A stretch of DNA of 64,000 nt from Lama glama (taxonomy: Eukaryota): the NCBI GenBank assembly GCA_028534125.1, contig CM052816.1:43402001-43466000 (forward strand), given 5' to 3'. Position numbers and translations under genes: made by a program. A model generated the notes under the pieces. That model made no database searches and was not told where the DNA came from. It saw only the letters and a list, made by a program, of their open reading frames with translations. The number at the start of each line of letters is the position of its first letter. Within the stretch, counting starts at the first letter, position 1. Positions 12,280 to 26,001 of this stretch are shown here, in pieces.

Positions 12280-15200
12280 GCATGTTCTTGAACTTAGTAC
12301 AAATGGTATCATACTACTCATTTTCTGGAGCTTATTTTCTTCACTCAGCATGTTTCTGAGATTTATCTACAATGACACACTGATTTATGGGCGTTTAGGC
12401 TGTTTCCAGTTTTTAAAGGTTGAAATAATCTGCAGTAATCCCTTTTATGCTTGTTTCTTTACATACATGTGTGAAAGTTTCTTTAGGGTATGAATTTGTT
12501 GGTTATAATCATCATCAGCTTTACATAATGTGGCCAGCCCATTCCCTAAAGTAGCTATAGCAATTTATGCTTCAGCTGGCAGTGCATAAGGTTTCTTTTT
12601 CCTCACATATTTGCTAATACTTAAAATTATTAGACTCTAGTGTCAAATGTTATTTTGTTTTAATTTGTATTTCCCTGATATTTAGTGAGGATGAACAACC
12701 TTTCACATGTTTATTAACCATTTCAGTTTACTTTTCTGTGAAATGCCTATTCATAGTCCTTTAAATTTTTTTTTTTTGATTTATAAGTTCTTCATATTAC
12801 TTCATTTTTAGTTATATGTATTATAAATCTGTCCCATTTGTGGCTTGCCTTTTTACTTTGTTTATGATGACTTGGTGTATAGAAATTTTAAAATTTATTG
12901 TGTAAAGTTTTTTAGCCTTTCCCTGTAATGTTTGTACTTTTTTGGGTCCTATTTAGCAAGATTTTCCTATTTTGTTGCCATATGGTTAATTTCCTGCTGT
13001 TTCCTCTAATAGTGTTATAATTTTGCTTTCTCGATTTAGGTTTTTTAAAATCCACCTGGGACTTATTTTGTGAGACAGTGATCTACTTTTTCCCCCATAT
13101 ATATAACTAATTTTCTCAGCATCACTTAAAAAAATAATTTCTCCTTTCCTCAGTGACTTATATTGCTAACTTTTTTCGTCTCCCAAATTGCCATATTTAA
13201 ATGGATCTGTTTCTGGACTCTTTATTCTGTGTGGTTAGGTTTGTTTATCTCTGTGCCAATATCATGCCACCTAGATTATCAGAGCTTTATAATATGATGA
13301 TAGCTGTTAGGGTAAGCCTTCCCACCTTGTTCGTATTCTTCCAAATAGTCCTGTTTTCAGTCTCTTTTCTCACATGTGAATTGTAGGGTCATACTGTCAA
13401 GTTCTATTAACAGCCCTCATGGGATTTCTATTGGAATTGAATTTATAGAGTCATTGAGTGAGAATAGACCTCTTTATGTAACTTAGTCTTCCCATCTACC
13501 AACATGTATATCTTTACATTCATCTAAGTTTCCACTTATGCCTAACAATAAAGTTTCATAATTTCCTTTAGAGGGCTTACCCAGATTTTGTTAGATTTTT
13601 TTTCTTAGGTACATTATGATTTTTTTCTATTGTGAATGAAATCTTTTATTATATTCTACATGATTGTTCCTTGTGTGTAGGAATGCTGTTAATTTTTTGC
13701 ATATTGATCTTGTGTCCAGTAACTTTGTTGAAATGTATTATTAGTTTTGACAATTTGTAGATGTTTTTGGACCTTCTATGTAATCATATTATTTGCAAAT
13801 AATGACTGTTTTTTTCAGTCTTTAAGCTTTTAATACTTTTAAAATTGATTAAGATTTCCTGTACAAGGTTGAATAGAAGCAGTTAAGTAATAAACGTTTT
13901 CATTTTGTTTCTGTCTTTAAATACTTTTAAAATTTTACTATTTGATATCAGATTAAGAAACTTTTCTTGTATTCTTAGCTTGCTAAGAGGTTCTTAATAA
14001 AAGATAATATATGGATGTTGAATTTTTCCTTTATCTTTTTAAAAGATCATATAATTTTTTCATTAATACGTTGATGTGACAAATTACATTCATAGGTTTT
14101 TTATAACCTTTTTAAAAATTGAAGTATAGTTAAATTACAATATTATGTTAGTTTCAGGTATACAGCAAAGTGATTCAGTTATACATATATATATTCTTTT
14201 TCAGCTTCTTTTCCTTTATAGGTTACAACAAGATATTGTTTATAGTTCCCTGTGCTATACAGTGGTTCTTGTTTATTTTATAAATAATAGTTGTATATGT
14301 TAATCCCAAACTCTTAATTTATCCCTCCTCACCCCCTGCTTTCCCCTTTGGTAAACATAAATTTGTTTTCTATGTCTGTGAGTTGGTTTCTGTTTTGTAA
14401 ATAATTTCATTTGTATCTTTTTTTTTTAGATTCCACCTGTAAGTGCCATCATGTATTTGTCTTTCTCTCTCTAATTTACTTCACTTAGAATGAAAATCTC
14501 CAGGTCCATCTGTGTTGCTGCAAATGGCATTATTTCCTTCTTTTTGGTGGCTGGATAATATTCCATCGTATTAGATACCACATTGTTTATTTAGTCGATA
14601 GACATTTAGATTGCCTCCACGTCTTAATATTGTGAATAGTGCTGCTATGAACACTGGAGTATATGTATATTTTCAAATTAGTTTTCTCCAGATACATGCC
14701 CAGGATTGGGGTTGCGGGATCATATTGGTAAGTGTGTTTTTAGTTTTTTAAGGTATCTCCATTCTGTTCTCCATAGTGGCTGCACCAATTTATATTCCCA
14801 CCAACAGTATAGGAGGATTCTATTTTCTCCACATCCTCTCCAACACTTATTATTTGTGTACTTCTAAATGATGACCATTCTGACTGGTGTGGGTTGATTC
14901 CTCATTGTAGTTTTGATTTGCATTTCTCTAGTAATTAGTGATATTAAGCAACTTTTCATGTGCTTGTTGACCATCAGTATGTCTTCTATGGAGAAATGTC
15001 TGTTTAGGTTTTCTGCCCATTTTTTTATTGGTTGTTTGTTTTTTGATCTTAAGCTGTATGAGCTGTTTATATATTTTGAAAATTAATCCCTTGTTGGTAG
15101 CATCTTTGCAAGTAAATGTTAGTCTTTCCTTGAGTTGATCGTGATGTAGTTATGTAGATACATGTATATATATAGACACACATGATGTAGATAGACACAC

Positions 15201-15555
15201 TCTACATGATTAAATTGATTAAATTTACTCATATTTTGTGTAGAATTAAAAAAATCTGTATTAGTAAATGAGACTGGACTATATATTTTTCTTTTATAAA
15301 GTGTTTGTCCTTTCGAGTGTTAAGATTATACTAGCCTTATAAAATGAGCTGAATAGTTTTCTATTTTTCTGTTCTCTAAAATGTCTTGTTTAAAGTCAAG
15401 TTTATATGTTTCTTTAAGATTTGGTAACACTTGTCTTTAAACAGCCTTGGACTGATGCTTTCTTGTGGATAGGTATTTGACTGCTGATTTAATTTTTGAT
15501 GTTCATTAATGTATTCAGGTTTTTTATATTCTTCTTGAGTCAAATTTAGGTTATT
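12280..15555 (-). mobile_element. Ancient L1M (L1ME-like) remnant interrupted by a younger L1 at 14110-15112
   Basis: Highly diverged antisense L1 ORF2-type sequence (tttaatttgtatttccctgat, atggatctgtttctggactc, ttggaattgaatttataga, gcatattgatcttgtgtccag). Confidence 0.75.
14110..15112 (-). mobile_element. Younger 5'-truncated L1 (3'UTR plus ORF2 end)
   Basis: attgaagtatagtt...tacagcaaagtgattcagttatacat...cccctttggtaa...ttagattccac...catttctctagtaattagtgat; closely similar to 59572-60660. Confidence 0.9.
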
Positions 15556-15559
15556 TATA

Positions 15560-15650
15560 TAGCATATCCCAAAAGTCTTAGTGCAGTTTTAAATCTGAAT
15601 GACTTCAGGAGATAAATGTCAGGGTTGTACAATTATTTAGAAGTTAATTT
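15560..15650. mobile_element. Possible TcMar-type DNA transposon end fragment
   Basis: tcccaaaagtcttagtgcagttttaa resembles a recalled TcMar-type terminal sequence; family uncertain. Confidence 0.3.
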
Positions 15651-15779
15651 AAATTGAAGTTGTACAGTTTTTTAATCACAAAATTTTTTCCATTAGGGTT
15701 TGTAATCTTTAATCAGAGGAACTGAAACAAAATAGTAAAATTTCACATTTATTATTAAATTTCTTTACAGATTTTCCTT

Positions 15780-17750
15780 CCTTTTTTTCTTGTGCACTTT
15801 ATTTGTTGAAGAATTCAGTTTCTTAATCTGTGAAGTTTCCCACTGTGTTAGGGTTTCCAAAGACCACTTCTAGGTTCAGTGACTCACCAGGGCGACTTAA
15901 TAGGATTCAGCATATTCATGGAAGTGACTTATTATAGCAAAAGGATACAAAGTAATAGTAGCAAAGGGAGAAGACCAATGGCATGAAGCATGGAGGAAAC
16001 CAGCTGCAAACCTCTAAGAGTCTTATCTAGTAGAGTCACACAAGATGTGCTTAATTTTAACTCTCACAAATGAGTTGTGACAACATGTGTGGAACGTTTA
16101 AAAGAAAAGCTCATTAGGGATTTAGTATCAGGGTTTTTATTGGAGGCTGGTTATGTAGGCACCCTCTGCCTCTTGTGCCAAAATTCCAGACTCTCAGAAG
16201 GAAAGCAGATGTTCGGCATAGACTGCAGTGTACAGTTTAGGCACACTGAGTACTCTTACCAATTCTGGGAATGGTGGGAACTCTACTGAAATCCAAGTTC
16301 CCAGACACCAGCCAAGTGTCTACCCTTGTAAATAGGCTTTTCTAAGGATAGCATTTTCAGGCCTTCTGTGTTAACTCTTTTCTGTACATCAGGATTTTGC
16401 TGATTGTATCCTAGGTGTTGTTAAATATGTTACTCTGTTTCCTGTAGATGGTAGTTAGATATAAAGGCTTATTCAGGCTTGATTCTTTTTTAGGGGCAAG
16501 AATATTTCATAGGTGATATTGTATACTTTCTATTGCATCACATCAGGAGGCATATAACACCTGGTAGCTTTTTTTTATGTGTGTGCAGTGTTAAGATTGA
16601 TCAGTAGTTTGGGTATTGTCAGCCTGATCCATGCATTATAAAGTTACCCATCTGTTGTTTACCTAATGATTTTAGCACCTGTTGATGAATCTGATTGGTC
16701 AGAGCTATTCAGAGTTGTAAAATCTTTCTTTTTTTATTTATTAGCTAGAACTTTTCTATAAAGAACTTGATCTCAACCACTGTTCAGTTACTATGAGGTC
16801 CAGTAAATAAAGAAAAGGTAAGAAAAATGATGCATGATTCTTGCCTTTTATTTACCAGTTTTCACAATAAGTTGGTTCCCTAGCATCCTCCAAAGGCAGT
16901 ATAAGTTCTAACTTTTTATTATTGTTATGAACATATGGATTTTCAACATATTTGGTATTTTAATCCTTTGGAATATTATCTTTTTCCCAAAATTGTTTCA
17001 TCTTTTACTATCTCTTTAAGTTAGCTACTGAGCCCTTTTGACACAGTACCATTAGCCTTTGGTTACCTTCTTGTTTTCTGTATAGTAAGATATTTCAGGC
17101 TTATCTTGTATGTTTTCTACCCTAGAATTAGCTGTTAATAACCCTAGTTCTTTTTAGTACAAAATGGTATTTAGAGACCACAATCTGGATGATGGGTTGC
17201 TCAGTGCCCTGGATTTGCCAATGTATCTTGGCCTTTTTAGTGGAAATATGAACAGGTAGGCAAGATGAACTTTTTTTTTAGGAAAAAGACCTCATGAATT
17301 AATCCTGATATTTTTTATTCAAATTTGGATTACAGAGTTAACCTTTTTTGTTTTTGTGCTTGTATTTTTTCTCATATGCTGACAACATTGGTTCCTAGTG
17401 ACATTAATATAGTTATTTACTCTCTATATTAATCAGTATAACACTACCAGTGCCATTACTAATAATATGGTTACTGAAATCATTTAAAATTTCTTTGCTG
17501 TTCTTTTGATCTTTGCTATATTCCCACTAAAGATATACTCAAATTATTCTGTTTTGGAGTCACTTGAAGTAACTGCTCTCTGTGTGTTTAAGCCATCAAC
17601 TTGATATATAGATTAATTTATTTCCTTTTAGTTTCACATTTTTGGGAATCACTTTTAAAATTCTTGATTCAGTTTTATTTTATAATTATGTAGATGTTGA
17701 CATAGTTTCAAAGTCAAATCTATAAAATAAGATAAATTTGGAGAAGTCTA
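15780..17750 (-). mobile_element. Ancient L1MC-type 3' region split by an LTR
   Basis: gaagtttcccac|LTR|tcaggattttgctgattgtatcc is contiguous L1MC4-like sequence; continues with tattgcatcacatcaggaggcata and atggtatttagagaccacaatctgg. Confidence 0.7.
15844..16388 (-). mobile_element. Solo ERVL LTR, MER68-like
   Basis: 545 bp with TG...CA termini. Minus strand begins tgtacagaaaaagagttaacacagaaggcctga and has an internal AATAAA, matching the recalled MER68/MER21-group consensus. Confidence 0.8.
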
Positions 17751-19554
17751 GCTTCTGTTCTTCTACTTTCTCTCCTTTCCCACAGGTAAGTAATTTAATT
17801 AGCTTTTGATTAATCTCCTTTTTTAGGCTCTATTTTTTATGTGGCATGGGATTACCATACCAAGCATGTAATATAAATTTGAACCCCAAAACTATCTTTA
17901 GGCTTTGCTCTTTCATGGGAAACTTTTTTCTTATCTATGGCTTTTGGCAGGGAACCAGCTTCCTTGCTGCTCTCCTGAGCATGTGAGCAGAGACTGTTTT
18001 TGTTTTTAATGCCCTGTTTAATGAATTAAGCAATCTTTTTATTATCTAAACTTTTTACTCAGGTGTCTTAGTTATTTTCTAACTCCCTTACTTGTGCGGA
18101 CCCTAAACCATATATTATATCCTATATAAGGACCTTGAAACCTCAGTGACTGGCTCCTAGGCCCTGCTGTTTCTACTCTGTACTTCCCTAAATTGTCATG
18201 CTGTCAGCTTATACTCTTGTAACTCTGGCTTTGAGTTCACTCTTTTCTTCTTGAGCCTGGGTATTTCTAAGCTATGTATTACTGTTATTCTTTGTTTGTA
18301 TTTTATCTGACATTTCTTTGTGTTTGGGACAGGAGTAATTCACTTTGTCGTATTGCCAGAAGTAGATCAACAGCATTTATTTTCTATCACCCATGTCCAT
18401 CATCCCTTTTCTTTAATTAGCTGACTGAAGGAAAACACATTCACACGTATAAAACAATGATATAAGATATACCTCATAGCTAGAATTATGACATTTCCTA
18501 TCAAGCCTTCTCCCATTCTTTCACTTTTTTGAAAATATTATTGGTCTTCTGTAATAGCTATTTTAAGGTATTTTTAGTACATTCTCTTCCTTTTTTCTCC
18601 TCTCTGCCTTTCTTATTTTCTTCTTTCTCTAAATCAAAGAAAATTTTATGTAGGGAAACCTAGGTCAACTAACTTAGTGTTTCTTTCAAATGATCATTAA
18701 ATTAAGTCACAAGGCTTTAGAACACCATTATAGTGAATGTAAATTCTTTTTAACAAAATAGAAAAAACTACTTAAGTATAATTTGTGGACACTGGGGCAG
18801 ATTATTGATTCAAGGTATTTCTTAAATCTTCGAAGAATCTATAGCTAATGACATTTATTCCTATTTGATTTTATGTCTTTGTTTCACTTGTCCTGCTCTC
18901 TAACTTGTGTTTTCCTTATCACTTTCTTTTACACTCCTCTATTTGCAGGACAGTTGTTTTATTAAAACTATATCTAATATTAGCATGTCACATAGAGGAA
19001 CTTTTGTATTGCATACATTTCAACTTGATCTTTTGCTGTGCATTTTTATAAATTAAAATATGGGGGGCATTAAATAGTTTGGAAATGTACAAGTCCTAGT
19101 TAAATCTTTAGATCCCTCAAAGAGATCTGTAGCTTTCAGAAAATTCTCCTTTGGGAATGACACATTTACTTGGAACTTTGAGCAGAGGTAAGAATTTTGC
19201 AAAAGTATGAGAAAAATTGTTTTAACAATCTTCTAGTATCTTTTTCTTTAAAAATTAAAACAATTCAGTGATAACAACATACAATATTATATCAGTTTAA
19301 GATGAACAACATAGTGATTTGATATTTTTATACATTATGAAATGATTGCTGCAATAACCAGTTACCATCTGTGACCATACAAAGTTGTTACAGTATTATT
19401 GACTAAATTCCCTATGTGTACATTACGTCCTCATGACTTACATTTTTATTGCTGGAAGCTTGTATCTCATATTCCCCTTCACTTATTTCTTCATCCCCCC
19501 ACTTCTCTCCCCTCTGGCAACCACCAGTTTGTTCTCTATATCTGAGTCTACTTC

Positions 19555-19585
<31 letters not shown>
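19555..19585. repeat. (GTT)10 microsatellite
   Basis: Perfect trinucleotide run inside an L1 3'UTR. Confidence 0.95.
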
Positions 19586-20699
19586 CATGTGTTTTGTTTT
19601 TCAGATTCCACGTATAAGTAAATTCTGGAACTTAAGCCTTTGCCAGTTACGTCATTTGCAAGTATTTTCTCCCATTCCATAGGTTGTCTTTTTGTTTTGT
19701 TTATGGTTTCCTTGGCTGTGGAAAATATTACAAGTTTAATTGGTCTCATTTGTTTATTTTGGCTTTTATTTCTATTGACTTGTTAGACCACCCTAGGAGA
19801 ACACTGCTAAGATTTATGTCAGAGAATGTTTTGCCTATGTTTTCTTCTAGGAAGTCTATAGTGTCTTATCTTATATTTAAGTCTTTAAGCCTTTTTGAGT
19901 TTATTTTTGTGTATGGTATAAGGGGGTATTCTAACTTCATTGATTTACATGCTGTTGTTAAATTTCTCCAAACCACTTGCTGTTTCTTTAAATGTGCATT
20001 AGATTTTTTTGTTTGAAATTTCTCTTGTTTCTTGAGATAGGGCTGTATCACTATGAATCTCCCTGTGATAGTTGCTTTTGCTACATTCCATAGATTTTGC
20101 ACAGTTGTATTTCCATTTTAATTTGTCTCAAGGTATTTTAAAATTTCCTCTTTGATTTCTTTGTTGAAATTGATTTTCTAGTAGCGCGTTGTTTAGTCTC
20201 TGTGTGTTCATGTTCTTTCCAGTTTTCTCTGCTAGTTGATTTCTAGTTTCATACCATTATGGTCAGAAAAGATGCTTAATGTAGTTTCAGTAGTCTTAAA
20301 TTTATTGGGACTTGTTTTATGGCTTCACATGTGATCTTTCCCAGAGAAAGTTCCATGTGTACTTGGAAAGAATGTGTATTCTGCTGCTTTTAGATGGAAC
20401 TGGGGTATTAAAGTCCCCTAGTACTAGTGTATTGCTGTCTGTTTCTCCCTATATTTCTGTTAATATTTACTTTATATATTTAGGTGCTCCTATATTGAGT
20501 GCTAAAATGTTTACAAATGTTACATTCTTTTGCTGGATTGGCTTCCTTTTCATTATGTAATATATTCCCTTCTCTTTTGATACTGTCTTTGTTTTAATGT
20601 TTATTTTGTCTGATAGTATTGCTATCCAACTTTCTTTTTGTTTCCATTTGCTTGGAATAACTTTTTTCATCCTTTCAGTTTTAATCTATGTGTATTTTT

Positions 20700-21232
20700 A
20701 TTTTTATTTAAAATTTTTTTCTATCTTGATTTTTATTATGCAAATTTAAAATATATGTGAAAAGAGAGGATGGTATAATGAACCCCCATATACCCATCAC
20801 CACTTTCAGTGATTATAAATGCATTACCTATTTTGTTTCACCAATATCTCTTCATACTTCCATTCTGACACAGGTTATTTTATTTTAGTTAAATTTTTTT
20901 TCCATTTAAAAAAAATTGAAGTATAGATAGTTTACAATGTTATATCTATTTCTGGTGTACAGCATGATGTTTCAGTCATACCTATACATGTATATATTCT
21001 TTTTTCATTATAGGTTACTACAAGATATTGAATATAGTTCCATGTGCTGTACAGTATAAACTTGTTGTTTATCTATTTCATATATAGTAGTTAGATCTGC
21101 AAATCTCAAACTCCCAGTTTATCCCTTTCTATCCCATCTTCCCCCTGATAACCATAAGTTTTCTTTCTGTTTCTGTGAGTCTGTTTCTGTTTTATAAATA
21201 AGTTCATTTGTGTCTTTTTTTTTTTTAGATTC
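20700..21232 (-). mobile_element. 5'-truncated L1 3' end with an attached older L1MC-type fragment, inserted in the host L1
   Basis: Flanked by degenerate 14-bp direct repeats ctatgtgtattttt (20686-20699) and ctgtgtgtgttttt (21233-21246); host L1 sequence resumes after the second copy. Confidence 0.75.
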
Positions 21233-24200
21233 CTGTGTGTGTTTTTAGATCTGAGATGAGTCTCTTGTAAGCAGCATGTAGATGGTTCTTATTTTATATC
21301 CATTCAGCTACTGTATGTCTTTTGATTGGAGCATTTAATCCATTTATGTTTAAAATCATTATTAATCATTATTGATAATCATTAATAATTAGTGAATTAT
21401 TGCTATTTTGTTAATTGTTTTGTGGTTTTCTTATAATTTTTCTTGGTTCCTGTCTTTTTTATTTTTTTTTCCTTGTGGTTTGATAGATTCCTTTTGTGTT
21501 ATTTGTATTCTTTTCTCCTTATTTTTTGTGTATCTTTTGTAGGTATTTGGTTTGTGGTTACCATATGGCTCATATAGGTTGACCTGTATATATATCCATT
21601 TTACGCTGATGGTCACTTATGTTTACAGACATTTTAAAAATACTACATTTTTAATACCCCCATGTTGTGTGTTTCTGATGTCATATTTTACACCTTTAAA
21701 AAATTTTGTGTATTCCTTAGCTACCTACTGTAATTATACTTGATTGTACTACTTTTGTCTATTACTCTTTATTCTAGCTTTTTACATAGTTGATCCACTG
21801 CCTTTACTGTATATTTGCCTTTAGCAGTGAGATTTTTCCTTTTGTATATTCTTATTTATAGTTGTGGCCTTTCTTTTTTGCTTAAAGATGACCCTTTAAC
21901 ATTTTTGGTAAGTCCAGTTTAGTGGTGATGAACTCCTTTAGTTTTTGCTTGTCTAAGAAACTCTTTATCTCTCCTTCAGTTCTAAATGGTAACCTTGCCA
22001 GATAGAGTATTCTAGGTTGTAAGTATTTTTCCTTTCAGCACTCTAAATTTATCCTGCTGCTCCCTTCTGGCATGTAAAGTTTCTACTGAAAAATCAACTG
22101 GTAATCTTATGAGGGGGTTTTCTTTGTGTGTGATTAGTTGTTTTTCTCTTGCTACCTTTAACATTCTCTCTTTAACTTTTACCATTTTCATTATATGTTT
22201 TGGCATGGATCTCTCTGAGTTCATCTTGTTTGGGACTCTGGGCTTCTCTGGGTTAGGAAAGTTTTCAGCCATTATTTCTTCAAATACATTTTCTGTCTCT
22301 CTATTTGTCTCTTCTCCTTCTGGAACACCTATAATGCAAATATTAGTATTGCTTGATATTGTTTCAAAGGTCCCTTAAATTCTACTCATTTAAAAAAATT
22401 CTTCTTTTTACTGTTCTGACTGGGTGATTTCCACTGTTCTGTCTTCTAGATCACTTATCAGTTCTTCTGTATCATTTAATCTGCTATTGATCCCCTCTTG
22501 TGTATTTTTATTTCAGTTATTGTATTGTTCGGTTCTGATTGGTTCTTTCTGATATTTTTTAAGTCTTTGTTGAATTTCTCACTGAGATCCTACACTCTTC
22601 TCCCAAGTTCAGTGGGCATCCCTATCACCGTTTCTTTGAATTCCTTATCAGGTAAATTACTTATCTCCATTTCATTAGGATTTTTTTCCCTTGGATTTTA
22701 TTTCATCTTTTTTTGAAACATATTTCTCTGTCTCCTCATTTTGTTTGACTTTCAGTTTTTTTTCTGTGAATTAGGTGAGATAGCTACCTCTCCTGGTCTT
22801 GAAGGAGTGGCCTTGTGTGGGAGCATCCACTGTGTCAACTGCTTGCACCTGACAGCTTTGACAGGCTGGCTGGAGCTAGAGTGGCCAGGGGCTAGAGGCA
22901 GCCCCTGGAGAGCACTGCATCTGAAGCTGACTTGGCAGGGCAGCTGGGGCCAGAGCAGGCTCAATTTGAGGTTAGCCCTTGGGAAGTGCCATGTTGGTGG
23001 GGTTGCTAGGATTGAAGTGTGCCCTGGCTGGGAGCAGTTCCTCAGTCAAATCTGTCTTGGTAGGGTGGCTGGAGCTGGAGAAGGCGTGGACAGAGAACTC
23101 CTGAGGGGTGGGTACTCAAACAATGGCTCCTGGTGCCTCAGATTCTAGAGAGGGCTTTAGCAGTTCTCTTTCAATTTGGCAGAGGCTCTAGGATTAGTAA
23201 ATGAATTCCTTTCTATACAGTCGACGTGCCCTTTAAACTGCTGTTTTTCTCAGTGTCTCTCGGGGTGTGCCATTCTACTCTCAGGCCCCTTAGCAATTTT
23301 CCTCCCTACTGGAACTTACTGTGTCAGGGGTCGGGTTCCTCTGGATCCTGTGTCTCTGTCTCTCCTACCCATTTCTGTGTGGTCCTTTTATGTTCAATAG
23401 TTATTCAGTCAGCCATTAGTCGTCTTCAAGAGGAGCTGCTCTATATGTGGGTGTGGATTTGGTGTGTTCATGGGAGGTGACCTAAGGTCTTCCTTTACCA
23501 TCATCTTGGACCTCCTAATCACATTTTTGAGTTTCTTAAGAGATAAAAATAATAGGAATTTTATTCCTACTTATTTTTGTAAGCTTTTATCTCATATTAT
23601 GTATAATGTTTTTAACCAGAGAGAAATATAATGCAAGAAAGACAATGAAATCTTTCTTTAGATTACTTTAAGTGACTCCAAGATACCCCAAAATATATTA
23701 TTATTATGGTTTTATTTTTTGTTGTATGTCTTATTTTTTTTAAATTTTGAAACATAATACTTCAGTTATTTTTTAAAAGAGCACTTAGAAAATCTAGTGC
23801 AAAAATGGCACACTTCTGTTTAAACTTGTACATTAATCAGCAAACTTAAAAGTGAAATATTTTCTAATTGAACCTTGACTGAGATCATGCAGTGAAGACA
23901 TTTACTGACATGTTTATTGAAAGAGTGAGGAGTGTGAGAAAATTAATGAGGATCTTAACATTGATTTTTCCCAATACTTCAGGCTATGACATTCACCATC
24001 ATTTTCTTCATACATTCATGATGTCTTCTGTGTCAAAGTTCCATCAACTTAGATTTATAAATATATATTACATTAAGTGTACTTGAGCATAGTATATACA
24101 TTTAATATGAATTTATAGGTGGAGATAATAAAAGACACACTAATTAATAAGAAAAAAAGGGTTCAACAAAGTAACAATTCAAGGTCCTGTAGTTGTCACT

Positions 24201-26001
24201 GTTCCACAGTAATGCTGAATTAAGAGAGAAAGCTCAATTTCCTGTCTAACTGAATTTGTAAGAACTAGGTCTTTCATCCACATTTAAAACAGGAGCATGT
24301 CTTTTCTTGGAACCTGTAAACCAACTAGTTGAAAGATGGACAGCTGAGTGAGAGAATACAACCTTCTACTTGGTTTCAGGCAGCTGGAGTTTTAATCACA
24401 GCCCTAGTGATGAGGGGAGAGGGAAGGTCTGCCTTTCACACAACAGCTTAAGCAAACATAGCATAGTATCTCCATTGCTGTCCAAGTCATTTCCTGCTTC
24501 AGCATTCTTCAAGCATGCCCTGCACATCACTTTAATAGAAACTCAGCCAGAAAGCCGGGCTTTTGAGTTATTTGGTATTTATCACAGTCTACAGGAAAGA
24601 CTAGATAAAGCTACTACTAATTCCTGAAGTATGTGGAAGAATTGTATCTTTTTAAAAAAAGTACTCTAATGAGTGTATTACAAAAATTTAAGAAAAGGCT
24701 ACATTTTGAAAGTCCAGTCATTTGGACAGAGCACTTCAGAGTCATTAGGTTTCTTCTCATGTAGTTTTTTCTGTATGAAAGCTGCCTTATTGAAAATTGG
24801 TACCATTTAATGCAGGTAAGTGTATTCACAGTAAAGAGGAAGCTAACTACAGCAAACGCTTAGAAAGTGACCTAAGTACCTGCATAAAGTATGTCTTTCT
24901 TTTGCTGGCGAGGAATAGACAGTCCTCTATCATGCACTCAGAGATCTTGAATCCTATGGAGGGATTAGTTTTTGGTGAAAAGTTGTTGTTCTTTGAGATA
25001 CCAAGGATGAATATTCAGTTAACAAGAGGAAAATATCACAGAAGTTATAGTATGTAAATTAAGAATGCCTGAAAAAAATTACTTTAGCTGGCAAAGCTAG
25101 AAACACATTAAAATTACTTTGTATTTCTCTATTTTCAACTCATCAACACATAAATGTAGAAGGCATGATTAGCTGTTTAACAGTGAAAACGGTTTCCATA
25201 ATGTGTATTTTAAAAGAAGATGCCTAATTACTTCAAAATACTCAAGGTAGGGAGACATGGTAGAAAGAGAAGGGAATAATTAATAAGAAGTATTTGAATA
25301 AAAGCAATTCTGAGAAAGGGGGAGATTTCTTCTATCAGGGCCAAGCTATGCCATGTTCCCAAATCTGATTCCTTGAGTAGACTTCATACATAAAACTCTA
25401 GAATTTATAGGATGGGCTCAGTCAGCATTAACAACACAGGATCTTCTTTTCCTCATGCACAAGCCTTCTTGATCAAAGCAAGACATAAATTGTTAGAATG
25501 CTTTGCTAATTATTTACATAAAAACAAAGATGAAATGTGGCTTTTGTGTTTATTTCATATTACTGTCTATGAATGAATAAAGGAATTCAGAGGTTCTTTT
25601 TGTTTGTTTCACTTTGATTTTATTAATTTTCAAAGATACCTAATAATATGTGAAAAACAGATACTTAGTCTTGGAGAAGTAATTCATTAATTTATTTTCT
25701 TTTAATCTTTCAGCATGGAGGTACTGAGTTTCTTTATGTTCAGATCATGGTCATGATGTGATTTTAGCAATAATCTTCTAAAACAATTTTGAGAAATATA
25801 TACTGTAGTTTATAGTATCTGAAAAACATTCTTTTCCTGGTTTTAATGTAAAATTCAGAGAATTTGAGGAGAACATTTACAAAATAATTTATAACTAGTT
25901 GAGAAAATAATGTTTTGAAATAAATCTATTTTCTCTTAAATTATATGTCCAATAATAGCCATATTTGTATATATAAATATAACTTTTATAAAGATTTAGG
26001 A

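Larger units (their letters stand above)
19260..23517 (-). mobile_element. Composite, internally deleted L1 (3'UTR, ORF2 pieces, ORF1, 5'UTR)
   Basis: ORF1 peptide MAENFPN...PRVPNKMN...LKVAREKQLITHK at 22012-22272; endonuclease-region peptides AILSDKINIK and [20 protein letters not shown]-rich 5'UTR at 22780-23517. Confidence 0.9.

Noticed and set aside
22741..23148. Longest ORF in the window (135 aa)
   Set aside because: Antisense reading of a GC-rich L1 5'UTR with a TTG start and no recognisable homology.
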